Position numbers and translations under genes: made by a program | The notes under the pieces: generated by a model | Seen by the model: only the letters and a program-made list of their open reading frames with translations | What the model was told of the DNA's origin: nothing | The model's database searches: none | Assembly (NCBI GenBank): GCA_014132315.1 | Contig: BLZN01000132.1 | Span: 1-58,334 of the forward strand | Source: Rickettsiales bacterium | Lineage (GTDB): Bacteria; Pseudomonadota; Alphaproteobacteria; Rickettsiales; BLZN01 | Reading direction: 5' to 3' | Length of the DNA: 58,334 nt | Shown here: piece after piece, positions 50,399 through 58,334 of the stretch | How the letters are laid out: each line of letters opens with the position of its first letter | Numbering within the stretch: position 1 is the stretch's first letter

Positions 50399-51835
50399 AT
50401 GAATCCTGAAAGAGCTAAGAAAGAAATTAGGGAAGAATGTGGTGTTTTTGCTATCTCGTCATATAAAAAAGCATTTGAATGCTGCGTCTTAGGTTTGCAT
50501 GCACTGCAGCACAGAGGACAGGAAGCCGCAGGAATAGCAACGGCCGACCAGAGCAAACAAAGCAAGCTTTTTGTGCATACCGGCCCAGGTTACGTGAATG
50601 AAATCTTCAAGGAGATATCTCTGCCCGGTGAAAGTGCAATAGGGCATGTGAGATATTCAACTAGCGGCAACAGCCTAGATCAGCAGCCCATTTATGCAAA
50701 CCTAAGCATTGGGGAGCTGGCAATGGCTCACAACGGGAACCTGACCAACGTGAACCTAATGCGCAGGCAGCTGGAGAGCAAAGGATGTGTTTTTCAGACC
50801 ACCATCGACACAGAAGTTTTTGTGCACCTCATTGCAACCAGTCAAAATAAAAGTCTAGCGGAGAGACTAAAAGACGCATGCAGGCAAGTCAAAGGGGCAT
50901 ATTCCTTGGTGTTAATCACCAAAGATCAAGTGATAGGCCTGAGAGATCCATTGGGAATTCGCCCCTTGGTGTTGGGCAGGCTCGAGAATAGCTACGTCAT
51001 TGCTTCAGAAAGCTGCGCCTTAGACGCAGTGGGTGCCAGCCTAATTAGAGACATAAATCCAGGAGAAATAATAATATTAAACAAGAATTCTATGGATAGC
51101 ACATATATAGAATTAGCCGAAAAACCGAGCCAAAAATTCTGCATTTTTGAATATGTATATTTTGCAAGACCAGACAGCATAGTGGAAAAAAAATCAGTCT
51201 ATGAAGCCCGCAAAGAGATAGGCAGAGTGCTGGCAAAGGAGCGCAGGATCGAGGCAGACATGGCGGTGCCTTTACCAGATTCCGGCATACCAATAGCAAT
51301 CGGCTATGCAGAAAGCGCAAAAATCCCGTTTGAGCTGGGCATCGTGCGCAGCCACTATGTCGGCAGAACCTTCATAGAGCCCACCCAAGAGGCCCGTGAC
51401 CTGGCCGTGACATTAAAACACAACATCAACCGCGCTGTTGTTGTCGGCAAAAAAATCATCTTGATAGACGACAGTGTAGTCAGAGGCACCACCACCAAAA
51501 GGATAGTGGAAATGCTCAGAAGAGCAGGAGCAAAGGAGGTGCATCTATGCGTTGGCAGCCCTCCGTTTGCCCACCCGTGTTTTTATGGTATAGATACTCC
51601 CAACAAAGAACATTTACTGGCTACCGGACACTCCATAGATGAAATGAACAAAATCATTGGCTCAGACAGCCTGAATTTTATAAGCTTGGAAGGTTTATAT
51701 AAGGCAATGGGAATTTATCGCGATAACAATAACCCACAATATTGCGATGCATGTCTCAGCGGCGATTATCCAATTGCAATATCCGGAATATCAGAGTCAT
51801 CAGAGAAGCAAGAAACATCAAAAATATCGCTATGA
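50399..51835 (+). CDS. purF: Amidophosphoribosyltransferase
   Basis: Ntn catalytic Cys in ECGVFAI after a short propeptide, PRTase loop IILIDDSVVRGTT, and C-terminal Cys residues consistent with the Fe-S type. Start set at the ATG at 50399; the ORF-track TTG is at 50366. Confidence 0.92.
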   Translation: MNPERAKKEIREECGVFAISSYKKAFECCVLGLHALQHRGQEAAGIATADQSKQSKLFVHTGPGYVNEIFKEISLPGESAIGHVRYSTSGNSLDQQPIYANLSIGELAMAHNGNLTNVNLMRRQLESKGCVFQTTIDTEVFVHLIATSQNKSLAERLKDACRQVKGAYSLVLITKDQVIGLRDPLGIRPLVLGRLENSYVIASESCALDAVGASLIRDINPGEIIILNKNSMDSTYIELAEKPSQKFCIFEYVYFARPDSIVEKKSVYEARKEIGRVLAKERRIEADMAVPLPDSGIPIAIGYAESAKIPFELGIVRSHYVGRTFIEPTQEARDLAVTLKHNINRAVVVGKKIILIDDSVVRGTTTKRIVEMLRRAGAKEVHLCVGSPPFAHPCFYGIDTPNKEHLLATGHSIDEMNKIIGSDSLNFISLEGLYKAMGIYRDNNNPQYCDACLSGDYPIAISGISESSEKQETSKISL

Positions 51836-51870
51836 AGACTCGAATATGTTGACTTTCTATATGAGGTATT

Positions 51871-52671
51871 ATGCTGATTAAGTATTTAACTATAGGTCTA
51901 GGACTCAGTGCAGCACTGGGGCCGATCAGCAGCTTCATAATCTGGAACAGATTGGCTTATCTCAGCGATGCCATAGCCCATGCAGCGCTGCTTGGCATGG
52001 TGATCAGCATCCTAAGCGGCATTAACAGCAGCATATTGATGATCATGGTGAGCATGACAATCTCTGCTCTGCTGCTGATGCTCAGAACCAACAAATACTA
52101 TTCAACAGACACGCTAATAAGCATAATATCCCAGAGCTTGTTGGCGATCGGACTGGTGATTGCCTCGCTATTCCCAGGAAGCAAAGAAAAGCTCTCGTCA
52201 TTTCTCTTTGGCGATATCTCAACCCTAACATGGAAAGATGCAATACTGATATATCTCGCAGCAGTAGCAGTAATAATTATAGTCTACAAAAGGTGGGCCA
52301 GCTGGGTGGCTGTTTCCCTAAACGCTAATCTTGCCAAAGCAGACGGAATCAACGCCACCAGAGTTCAGGTAGAATATACAATACTGCTCGCTATCATCAC
52401 TTCTCTAGCTATAAAAACAGTGGGCTCCCTGCTGATTGTAGCGCTTTTGGTGATTTCCCCCGCAACCGCCCGGGCGCTCGCACGCAACCCAGGGAGCATG
52501 GTCCTTTGCTCCACCTTTATATGCGCAGTAGAAATCATCAGTGGGATTTTGGCTTCGTTTTTGCTCAATATACCCGCAGGCCCCACCATAGCATGTGCAA
52601 GTTTTTCTCTATTTCTGCTAATAAACGGAGTGTCTTGGTTAAAAAATATACAAAAATTGTTGAAATATTAA
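51871..52671 (+). CDS. znuB: ABC-3 family metal (Zn/Mn) transporter permease (ZnuB-like)
   Basis: 266 aa with about 8 TM segments and the ABC-3 pattern (DAIAHAALLG, LLVISPATARAL). No cognate ATPase or binding protein adjacent. Confidence 0.75.
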   Translation: MLIKYLTIGLGLSAALGPISSFIIWNRLAYLSDAIAHAALLGMVISILSGINSSILMIMVSMTISALLLMLRTNKYYSTDTLISIISQSLLAIGLVIASLFPGSKEKLSSFLFGDISTLTWKDAILIYLAAVAVIIIVYKRWASWVAVSLNANLAKADGINATRVQVEYTILLAIITSLAIKTVGSLLIVALLVISPATARALARNPGSMVLCSTFICAVEIISGILASFLLNIPAGPTIACASFSLFLLINGVSWLKNIQKLLKY

Positions 52672-52916
52672 GTATAGAAATTAAGCCGGGTCTTTTAAAC
52701 AACTCTTTAAATGATAATATTTTAATACTTATAAAATTAATTAAAGTGGTCTTCGATAAAAAAATAGCAACATTAAAATCCAGTGCCCAAATTATAGATA
52801 TATAAATTTCTACTAATAATTTTTCACATTTAATTAATAAAAGCGATATTTTGCTTATAAATTATTTAAAATCTTCTATAATACATATTATAGATATTAA
52901 ATAAGGAGGCAAGCTT

Positions 52917-53744
52917 ATGCCACCAAGATTAGATAGACAACGATCTCAGTCAGAGCCAGATATAAGCAGCTTAGGAAGCATGCCACAGACGCCAGAAACC
53001 CTATTAGACGAAGTAGATGGAGGTAGTCTAAGTTTTCGAAATTTTGTGGAGCGCCCGCTGCTTCAAGTAAGCAGAGCTATCAAGAGCGACGAAACAGATC
53101 CAGAGAGAATGTGGAAGGGCATCCTAAAAATTCTCGGCAAAAGCAAAGTAAAACTAACAGATTAGCATAGTATAGTAAACTTAGAAGGCAAAAGCATTAT
53201 GCATATCATAGCTGATCGGATGGAACAAAAAGGGATGTTTGAGATATTTAAGCGTGTGATGTGGCGTCTCTTGGGTTACGCAATTATATATGATGAGCAA
53301 GAACAAAATATAAGCAATGCTATGCTAGAAATATGGTGCAAGCAAGACAAGAATGGATGCACACCGGGCCATCTATTATGGGCGACAGAAAATTCAGACA
53401 TGATCAAAGAGGCAGAGTTTTTTATAGGAGCTAAAGCTAATAATACACAAGAAGCAATAGATACAGTAATGAAAATTAAAGATAATGAGGGCAGAACACC
53501 TCTTGATAAGCCAATCAAGGCACCTCTTGATGAGACAAAATATGGCTTAACCTTATGCTTCAAAGGGAGTCCGCCGAATGTAAAGAAAGTAAGCATTATA
53601 GAAGAAAGCAAGGATGGCCCTTCATCAAAACCAAGAAGCTACATGAATCAGGTAGAATCGCGTGTAACTAAAACAAGGAATGATCAGGGAATGATTTGCC
53701 CTCTAAAAAACCTCTGGAAACAGCATTATAGAGCTTACTTGTAA
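52917..53744 (+). pseudogene. Ankyrin-repeat-like protein gene interrupted by a single in-frame TAG (53163-53165)
   Basis: ORFs 52917..53165 and 53199..53744 are in the same frame, separated only by TAG plus 11 sense codons. The read-through text ...KILGKSKVKLTD*HSIVNLEGKSIMHIIADRMEQKGMFEIF... continues an ANK-like helix-loop pattern. Later repeats are DKNGCTPGHLLWATENSDMIKE and DNEGRTPLDKPI. Strong SD AAGGAGG lies 7 nt before 52917. Confidence 0.6.
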
Positions 53745-54114
53745 CTCTTGGCAAAAGTTAACAAGATAAGCTTTACTGCCTCATGATGATGCTGCAGAGA
53801 AATGCAATAATAAGTTAAGGATCTATCCATGACAATCAAGATAAATCCTTAGAATTTTCTATGTTATCTTTATAATAGAGCCCAAAAAAGCATAACAATA
53901 GATCACCCCAAAAGTCATGCTTCTGATAATAGGCAATGATGCAATACAGATTCAAAATAAGTACATTTTGAGTTAAGCTCCGGGGATTTAAAATAAAATT
54001 ATGGGCTCGCTAATATTGTGAATATATACAAATTCCCGCCAGCATGGACGCTAAGATTCAGATGTACAATCTTTGTTTCTTTTTTGTCTGCTGCTTTGCT
54101 TGTTTATAAGCAGG

Positions 54115-54828
54115 CTACCCATGCAAAGAGCTAAGCGCTAGAATAATGCCAGCAAACTTGCCTATGTCAAGGCTAGCACTGCCAACCAGGAGGCCGTCGG
54201 TCAGCTTCATTATATCAGTGGCATTTTCCGGGTTAACCGACCCTCCATATAAAACCGGCAGGGCAGTATAAGCCTTTATTTTGCTCACCACACGCTCTAT
54301 ATCTGCCAAGCTCGGAACCCTGCCGCTTCCTATGGCCCACACTGGCTCATAAGCGATGATCGCATCGCACTCCGGTATAGAGCCAATGCACTGCTTCTCT
54401 AAAAAATCCCAAGGATCAGCAAGATACTCGCTCTCACCTATGCATATAACAGGTCGCAAGCCAGCCCGAGAGGCAGCAAGTGCTTTGTTTTTTATCAGCT
54501 CATCGCTCTCTTTGCAGGCAGATCTGCGCTCAGAATGTCCAACAATAACATATCCGCAACCCGCATCCTTCAGCATCTCTGCGCTGATGCTGCCGGTATA
54601 AGCACCAGAAAGCTCATGATGACAGTCCTGCGCGCCAACCTTGATGCGTTTGCAGCCACCCACCCCGCTTGTCATGTCAGCAAAAACATCAATAAGAACA
54701 AAAGGGGGGCAGGCTATGCACTCGATTTGCCCTCCAATCTCATTATCTATTCTCCGCAGCCCCAGGGCAAACTCCTTTGCATAATTGCGGCTACCGTTCA
54801 TCTTCCAATTCGCAACAACAAAACGCAT
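54115..54828 (-). CDS. tpiA: Triosephosphate isomerase
   Basis: 237 aa with the motifs VANWKMNG, VIVGHSERR and IAYEPVWAIGSG. Confidence 0.95.
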   Translation of the reverse strand: MRFVVANWKMNGSRNYAKEFALGLRRIDNEIGGQIECIACPPFVLIDVFADMTSGVGGCKRIKVGAQDCHHELSGAYTGSISAEMLKDAGCGYVIVGHSERRSACKESDELIKNKALAASRAGLRPVICIGESEYLADPWDFLEKQCIGSIPECDAIIAYEPVWAIGSGRVPSLADIERVVSKIKAYTALPVLYGGSVNPENATDIMKLTDGLLVGSASLDIGKFAGIILALSSLHG

Positions 54829-54842
54829 CTCCGGACATCTCC

Positions 54843-56594
54843 CTAAAACATTGCATCTTCAATTATCAGCTCCACCTTCTCTTCGCCCCTCCATCTGTTT
54901 AATATCAGCCTAGCAGCAAGCGTCAGCGCCCTGTTCAAAGAAGCAAGCAAAACTTCGCCAAGGGCAGTGCCAACAGCACGAAAGGCTATGGCTTTGCAAT
55001 TTGTTTCTCGAGTGTCAGATAAGCCACATGCTATATCGCATAATATATGCTCTTTGGCTACAATTCTCACCTCAAGCAAATGAGCATTTCTAATAATGAA
55101 TTTTGGTTCAGGATTACCTGCGCCAAAAGGAGCAACAGCTTGCAAGGCATACCATGTTTTTAAATTAACTGAGCTCAACCCCAAAACCCCGTCAAGCCCC
55201 AAAACCACATCACGAATCTTTAGGATCCTACCGAAACGTTCTGACAAAAACTCATGCAAGCTAGAAATTTGTTCCTCCAGCAAGCTAAAACCCGCGGCCA
55301 TGGCATGTCCGCCGCCGCTTATCAGCATGCCTTCTGCCTTGGCGGCTAAAATAGCGCTGCCCAGATCCACGCCCGCAACAGAGCGCCCGCTCGCCCTGCC
55401 AATGCCTTCTGTGATGGAGATCACAACAGCCGGCAGGCCAAAGCGCTCCTTCAGCCTGCCGGCTACAATCCCTATAACGCCTGGGTGCCAGCCCTGACCT
55501 TTGACCACTAAAATATTATTTGCATCAGGAGGAACCTGGAGCAGTGCATCTTCAAAAACCTTTTGCTCCAAAGCCTGACGCTGAGAGTTATACTCATTTA
55601 ATTTTTCAGCAATACGACGGGCCTCATCTGGATCATTGGTAGAGAGCAGCTTCGCACCAAGAAAAGATTCTCCCACTCTCCCGCCAGCATTGATCCTAGG
55701 GCCCAAAATAAAACCTAGATGGTAAGTATCAAGCTTGGTTCGCAGCCCTGCTAGATCAGCAAGCGCCTTGATCCCTGGATTCTTATTCCTCGCCATCACC
55801 TTCAGACCCACTGAAACAAAAGCTCGATTCAGCCCGGTCAGACTCACTACATCACACACAGTTCCTAGGGCAACCAAATCTAAATAATCAATCAGATTTG
55901 GCTCTGTTTTATCTATAAAAAAACCAATCTCACGCAACCTTTTGTTCAGAGCAACAACAAACAAAAATGTCACTCCCACCGCGGCTAAGTTAGTATATTT
56001 GGAACTCTCATCCAGCCTATTAGGATTGATCGCCGCAGCTGCTTTTGGCAAAATTTCGCTGCCAATATGATGGTCAATGACAATAACCGGCAGGCCCATC
56101 TCGCTAGCACTCGCTAGTGCCTCATGAGCATTCACGCCGCAATCCACCGTTATGCATAGATCAGCTCCTTCAGAATGCAGCTTAGCAAAAGCCCCCTGAG
56201 TAGGGCCATATCCCTCTTCAATCCTATCAGGCACATATATAATAGAAGCAACGCCAATAACATCAAAATATCTCCTCAGCAAGGCAGTCGAAGTTGCTCC
56301 ATCCACATCGTAATCACCAAATATCGCAATGGTCTGATTATTTTTTATTGCACCAACTAAGCAATCAACTGCCTTCTCCATATCCAGCAAATGAAAAGGG
56401 TCAGGCAACATGTGCTTGATAGCAGGACTGAGAAAGAATTCCACCTCTGAGATGTTTATGCCCCTGGAATCAATAATCCTAGCCACTGCTTCTGGCAAAC
56501 CAAAGCGCTGTACCAGCAAAGCCACATTATGCTCACTGAAGCTATTCAAAATCCATTTAGCGCCTTTCACAGAGTAATCAGTCTGCAATGTCAT
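54843..56594 (-). CDS. recJ: Single-stranded-DNA-specific exonuclease RecJ
   Basis: 583 aa with DHH motifs (IAIFGDYDVDGATS, ITVDCG, VIVIDHH) and a DHHA1 motif (GGGHAMAAG). Confidence 0.93.
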   Translation of the reverse strand: MTLQTDYSVKGAKWILNSFSEHNVALLVQRFGLPEAVARIIDSRGINISEVEFFLSPAIKHMLPDPFHLLDMEKAVDCLVGAIKNNQTIAIFGDYDVDGATSTALLRRYFDVIGVASIIYVPDRIEEGYGPTQGAFAKLHSEGADLCITVDCGVNAHEALASASEMGLPVIVIDHHIGSEILPKAAAAINPNRLDESSKYTNLAAVGVTFLFVVALNKRLREIGFFIDKTEPNLIDYLDLVALGTVCDVVSLTGLNRAFVSVGLKVMARNKNPGIKALADLAGLRTKLDTYHLGFILGPRINAGGRVGESFLGAKLLSTNDPDEARRIAEKLNEYNSQRQALEQKVFEDALLQVPPDANNILVVKGQGWHPGVIGIVAGRLKERFGLPAVVISITEGIGRASGRSVAGVDLGSAILAAKAEGMLISGGGHAMAAGFSLLEEQISSLHEFLSERFGRILKIRDVVLGLDGVLGLSSVNLKTWYALQAVAPFGAGNPEPKFIIRNAHLLEVRIVAKEHILCDIACGLSDTRETNCKAIAFRAVGTALGEVLLASLNRALTLAARLILNRWRGEEKVELIIEDAMF

Positions 56595-56636
56595 AATAAT
56601 AAGTCAGCCTGCCACAAATCTGCTGCTGTAATGAGA

Positions 56637-56668
56637 AGTACTAATATATGTATACATATATTAGTACT
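56637..56668. repeat. Perfect 32-bp palindrome AGTACTAATATATGTA|TACATATATTAGTACT
   Basis: Read directly: the two 16-nt halves are exact reverse complements with no spacer. Lies in the 121-nt spacer between the stop of the right-edge ORF and the recJ start. Confidence 0.95.
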
Positions 56669-56715
56669 CAAGATCAAGAAAACAGGCCTTTAGCTATAAG
56701 GAACGGTCGCGTCTA

Positions 56716-58334
56716 TTAATCATCTTCTTTGGTGTTTGAATCAGAATCGCTACCTTTTCTTCTAAATAAGGATCCGTGGCGGGGCGCAATACCTCCACAA
56801 GCTCCTCTCCCAGAACCTTCTTTCTTGTTATTTGGTACAACCTTAGCAGAATCTGCTTTTGCAGCTTTGCTAGAAGGTGCAGAGCAGGACGTTGATCTTG
56901 AATTATTCAGCTGCGACTCTTGCGACTCTTGCCAGATTGTTTTTATTGCCCTTAGTGTTCTTTGAGTCTCTTTAGGGGGCTCATCATATTGTGCATGACG
57001 ACGTTTTGTTTTTGCCATATTAGCACGGTCAAATACGTTGTCATCTTCTCCACTTATTTCAGTTTCTGAAATATTACCACCCACTTCGTGAATTCCCTCC
57101 CCATCCGCACCTTTAAACACTCCGGTGTTTACTGGCCATTCTGCTACACAAGGAGAAGCTGGCCCATTGCCTAAATTAGACTCTGCCGCGTTGGAACATC
57201 TAGAGAGATACGGACTATTATCTCCTAATTTTTCTAAAGACATTGCAATATCATTTATGCCGGTAGTCCTCGTTGCTCTAGCTCCTTCGTGCATTACAGT
57301 GTTGTGAAAGAGGCGCCTAAAAGGTCTTTTGACGCAGCAAAAGGCTAGAGCCATTAATGCAGCAACTATGCCCAAAGGCACAGCAATATACAAGGACTTA
57401 TGGTCTTTTTGGTCCAATGTGCTCATGCTGTCCCCTTTCGTCTGATTACCAGACCTCAGCTCCGGAGCAATCGTAGAACTCTTCCCATCCGGAGGACTCA
57501 TAGAAAAAGATGGATCTTCAGGATTTGTAGTGCTAGTCTTTTTAGCACCCAAATTAGTAGGTTCAGTAGCTCCAACTGTAGTAATCCTAACACCTGTAAA
57601 CACAGCAGAAGGGTCTGCTTTAGGGTTTGTATCACTATGCTTTGTGGCTGCAGGGTTCGTAGTTGCAGGAGTATTGAACCCAGCTCCTGCGAGCGCAGCT
57701 TCATACTCTGCTTTTGTTGATAGCTTAGACAGAAGATTACCGCTTGCCGGACTAAATATATTAATATAGTAAACTTTGTTGCCTTTGGGATCTTCTCCGA
57801 CAATGGCGGCTATTACATCAGAGCCGTTGTTGTGCTGTTTGGGCACCAGGTGCATAGAGGTCAATTTACATGGCAAGTGCGTTGTTGTTATATCGCTTGC
57901 TTTAGGGCCACTAAATATCAATTTTGTTGGCACAAAAGACAACGTGGTATTCTCAGATGGATCTATACCCAAACTATCCACAGCCGGCTGAGCAACTACC
58001 ATCACAGAATTATCGCCATTGGTTGCAGCAAATCTCACCTTGTCTTGTGGGGCGCTGCCTATACTTGGTGTAGGCAGATGCACTGGGCTTGCTGTAACAG
58101 TAGTACCATGACTAGCATCTAAGTCAGCAAACGGCACTTTGAAATAGCTAGGCTGAACTTTACCTCTACCTTCCCAATATACAACCACCAAATCTGAACC
58201 TTGCAACCCGGGCACAACCGCGGAGGCAAACTTACCTGTGCTCTGCTCTCCAAACCATCTTTGCTCTGACGAACAAGAAGATAAGCTATTAGCGGGACAT
58301 TTGTTAAAGTCGAAATATAACTCTGATTCAAGGC
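56716..58334 (-). CDS. Hypothetical single-pass membrane protein with Thr/Ser/Pro-rich stalk (5' end outside window)
   Basis: The ORF track starts at the GTG at 58215, but I translated the same frame upstream and it stays open to the window edge (...LESELYFDFNKCPANSLSSCSSEQRWFGEQSTGKFASAVVPGLQ...). One TM helix (SLYIAVPLGIVAALMALAFCCV) is followed by a basic stop-transfer KRPFRR and a Ser/Gly/acidic-rich tail of about 200 aa. Confidence 0.6.
   Translation of the reverse strand, partial: LESELYFDFNKCPANSLSSCSSEQRWFGEQSTGKFASAVVPGLQGSDLVVVYWEGRGKVQPSYFKVPFADLDASHGTTVTASPVHLPTPSIGSAPQDKVRFAATNGDNSVMVVAQPAVDSLGIDPSENTTLSFVPTKLIFSGPKASDITTTHLPCKLTSMHLVPKQHNNGSDVIAAIVGEDPKGNKVYYINIFSPASGNLLSKLSTKAEYEAALAGAGFNTPATTNPAATKHSDTNPKADPSAVFTGVRITTVGATEPTNLGAKKTSTTNPEDPSFSMSPPDGKSSTIAPELRSGNQTKGDSMSTLDQKDHKSLYIAVPLGIVAALMALAFCCVKRPFRRLFHNTVMHEGARATRTTGINDIAMSLEKLGDNSPYLSRCSNAAESNLGNGPASPCVAEWPVNTGVFKGADGEGIHEVGGNISETEISGEDDNVFDRANMAKTKRRHAQYDEPPKETQRTLRAIKTIWQESQESQLNNSRSTSCSAPSSKAAKADSAKVVPNNKKEGSGRGACGGIAPRHGSLFRRKGSDSDSNTKEDD

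Noticed and set aside
53745-54114. Expected secG downstream of tpiA, or another gene in the 370-nt gap
   Set aside because: Translating the minus strand by eye gave only a 19-codon ORF (MTFGVIYCYAFLGSIIKIT) and no SecG-like motif. It could be a decayed remnant, but I cannot support a call.

Overview
The window is a gene-dense chromosomal segment, roughly 40% G+C by eye (not computed), with very AT-rich spacers. The gene content (CtrA and a CckA-like kinase, SURF1, nuo genes, an alphaproteobacterial-type PstS-family protein) points to an alphaproteobacterium. Heavy operon scrambling and an ankyrin-like gene suggest a Rickettsiales/Holosporales-like intracellular symbiont, but this is inference. 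About 55 protein genes are nearly all recognisable housekeeping functions: prmC-def, clpSA, pabA, comF, bioB, pccB, a pilB/gspE-type ATPase, rsmH, lolD, ybaB-dnaX, nuoJKLMN, gyrB, miaA, lolC/E, rpsB-tsf-pyrH-frr, SURF1, radA, ctrA, ftsK, ftsA, rlmE, hslU, a cckA-like kinase, pstA, purF, tpiA and recJ. Three RNA genes absent from the ORF track were read directly from the sequence: RNase P RNA (5453-5835, minus), SRP/4.5S RNA (about 14837-14913, minus) and tRNA-Pro(UGG) (37291-37367, plus). I found no CRISPR array, transposase, integrase, prophage or recognisable defence system. The strongest candidate for something undescribed is a tightly packed minus-strand unit in which nuoJKLMN runs, with a 3-nt gap, into a partial Mrp/Mbh-type antiporter set (MrpG, DUF4040/MrpA-C-terminal-like, MnhB, MrpC). 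That set lacks MrpE, MrpF and any MrpD/MrpA-N subunit of its own. Other points worth a second look:
- an ankyrin-like gene split by one in-frame amber codon, sitting in an AT-rich islet;
- a 5'-truncated, eukaryote-like single-pass membrane protein with a mucin-like stalk at the right edge;
- a perfect 32-bp palindrome;
- hslU without hslV;
- an orphan PilB-type ATPase;
- several small co-transcribed genes of unknown function;
- an unassigned structured region at the left edge.
All functional calls rest on motifs I recognised by eye, because no database search was possible.
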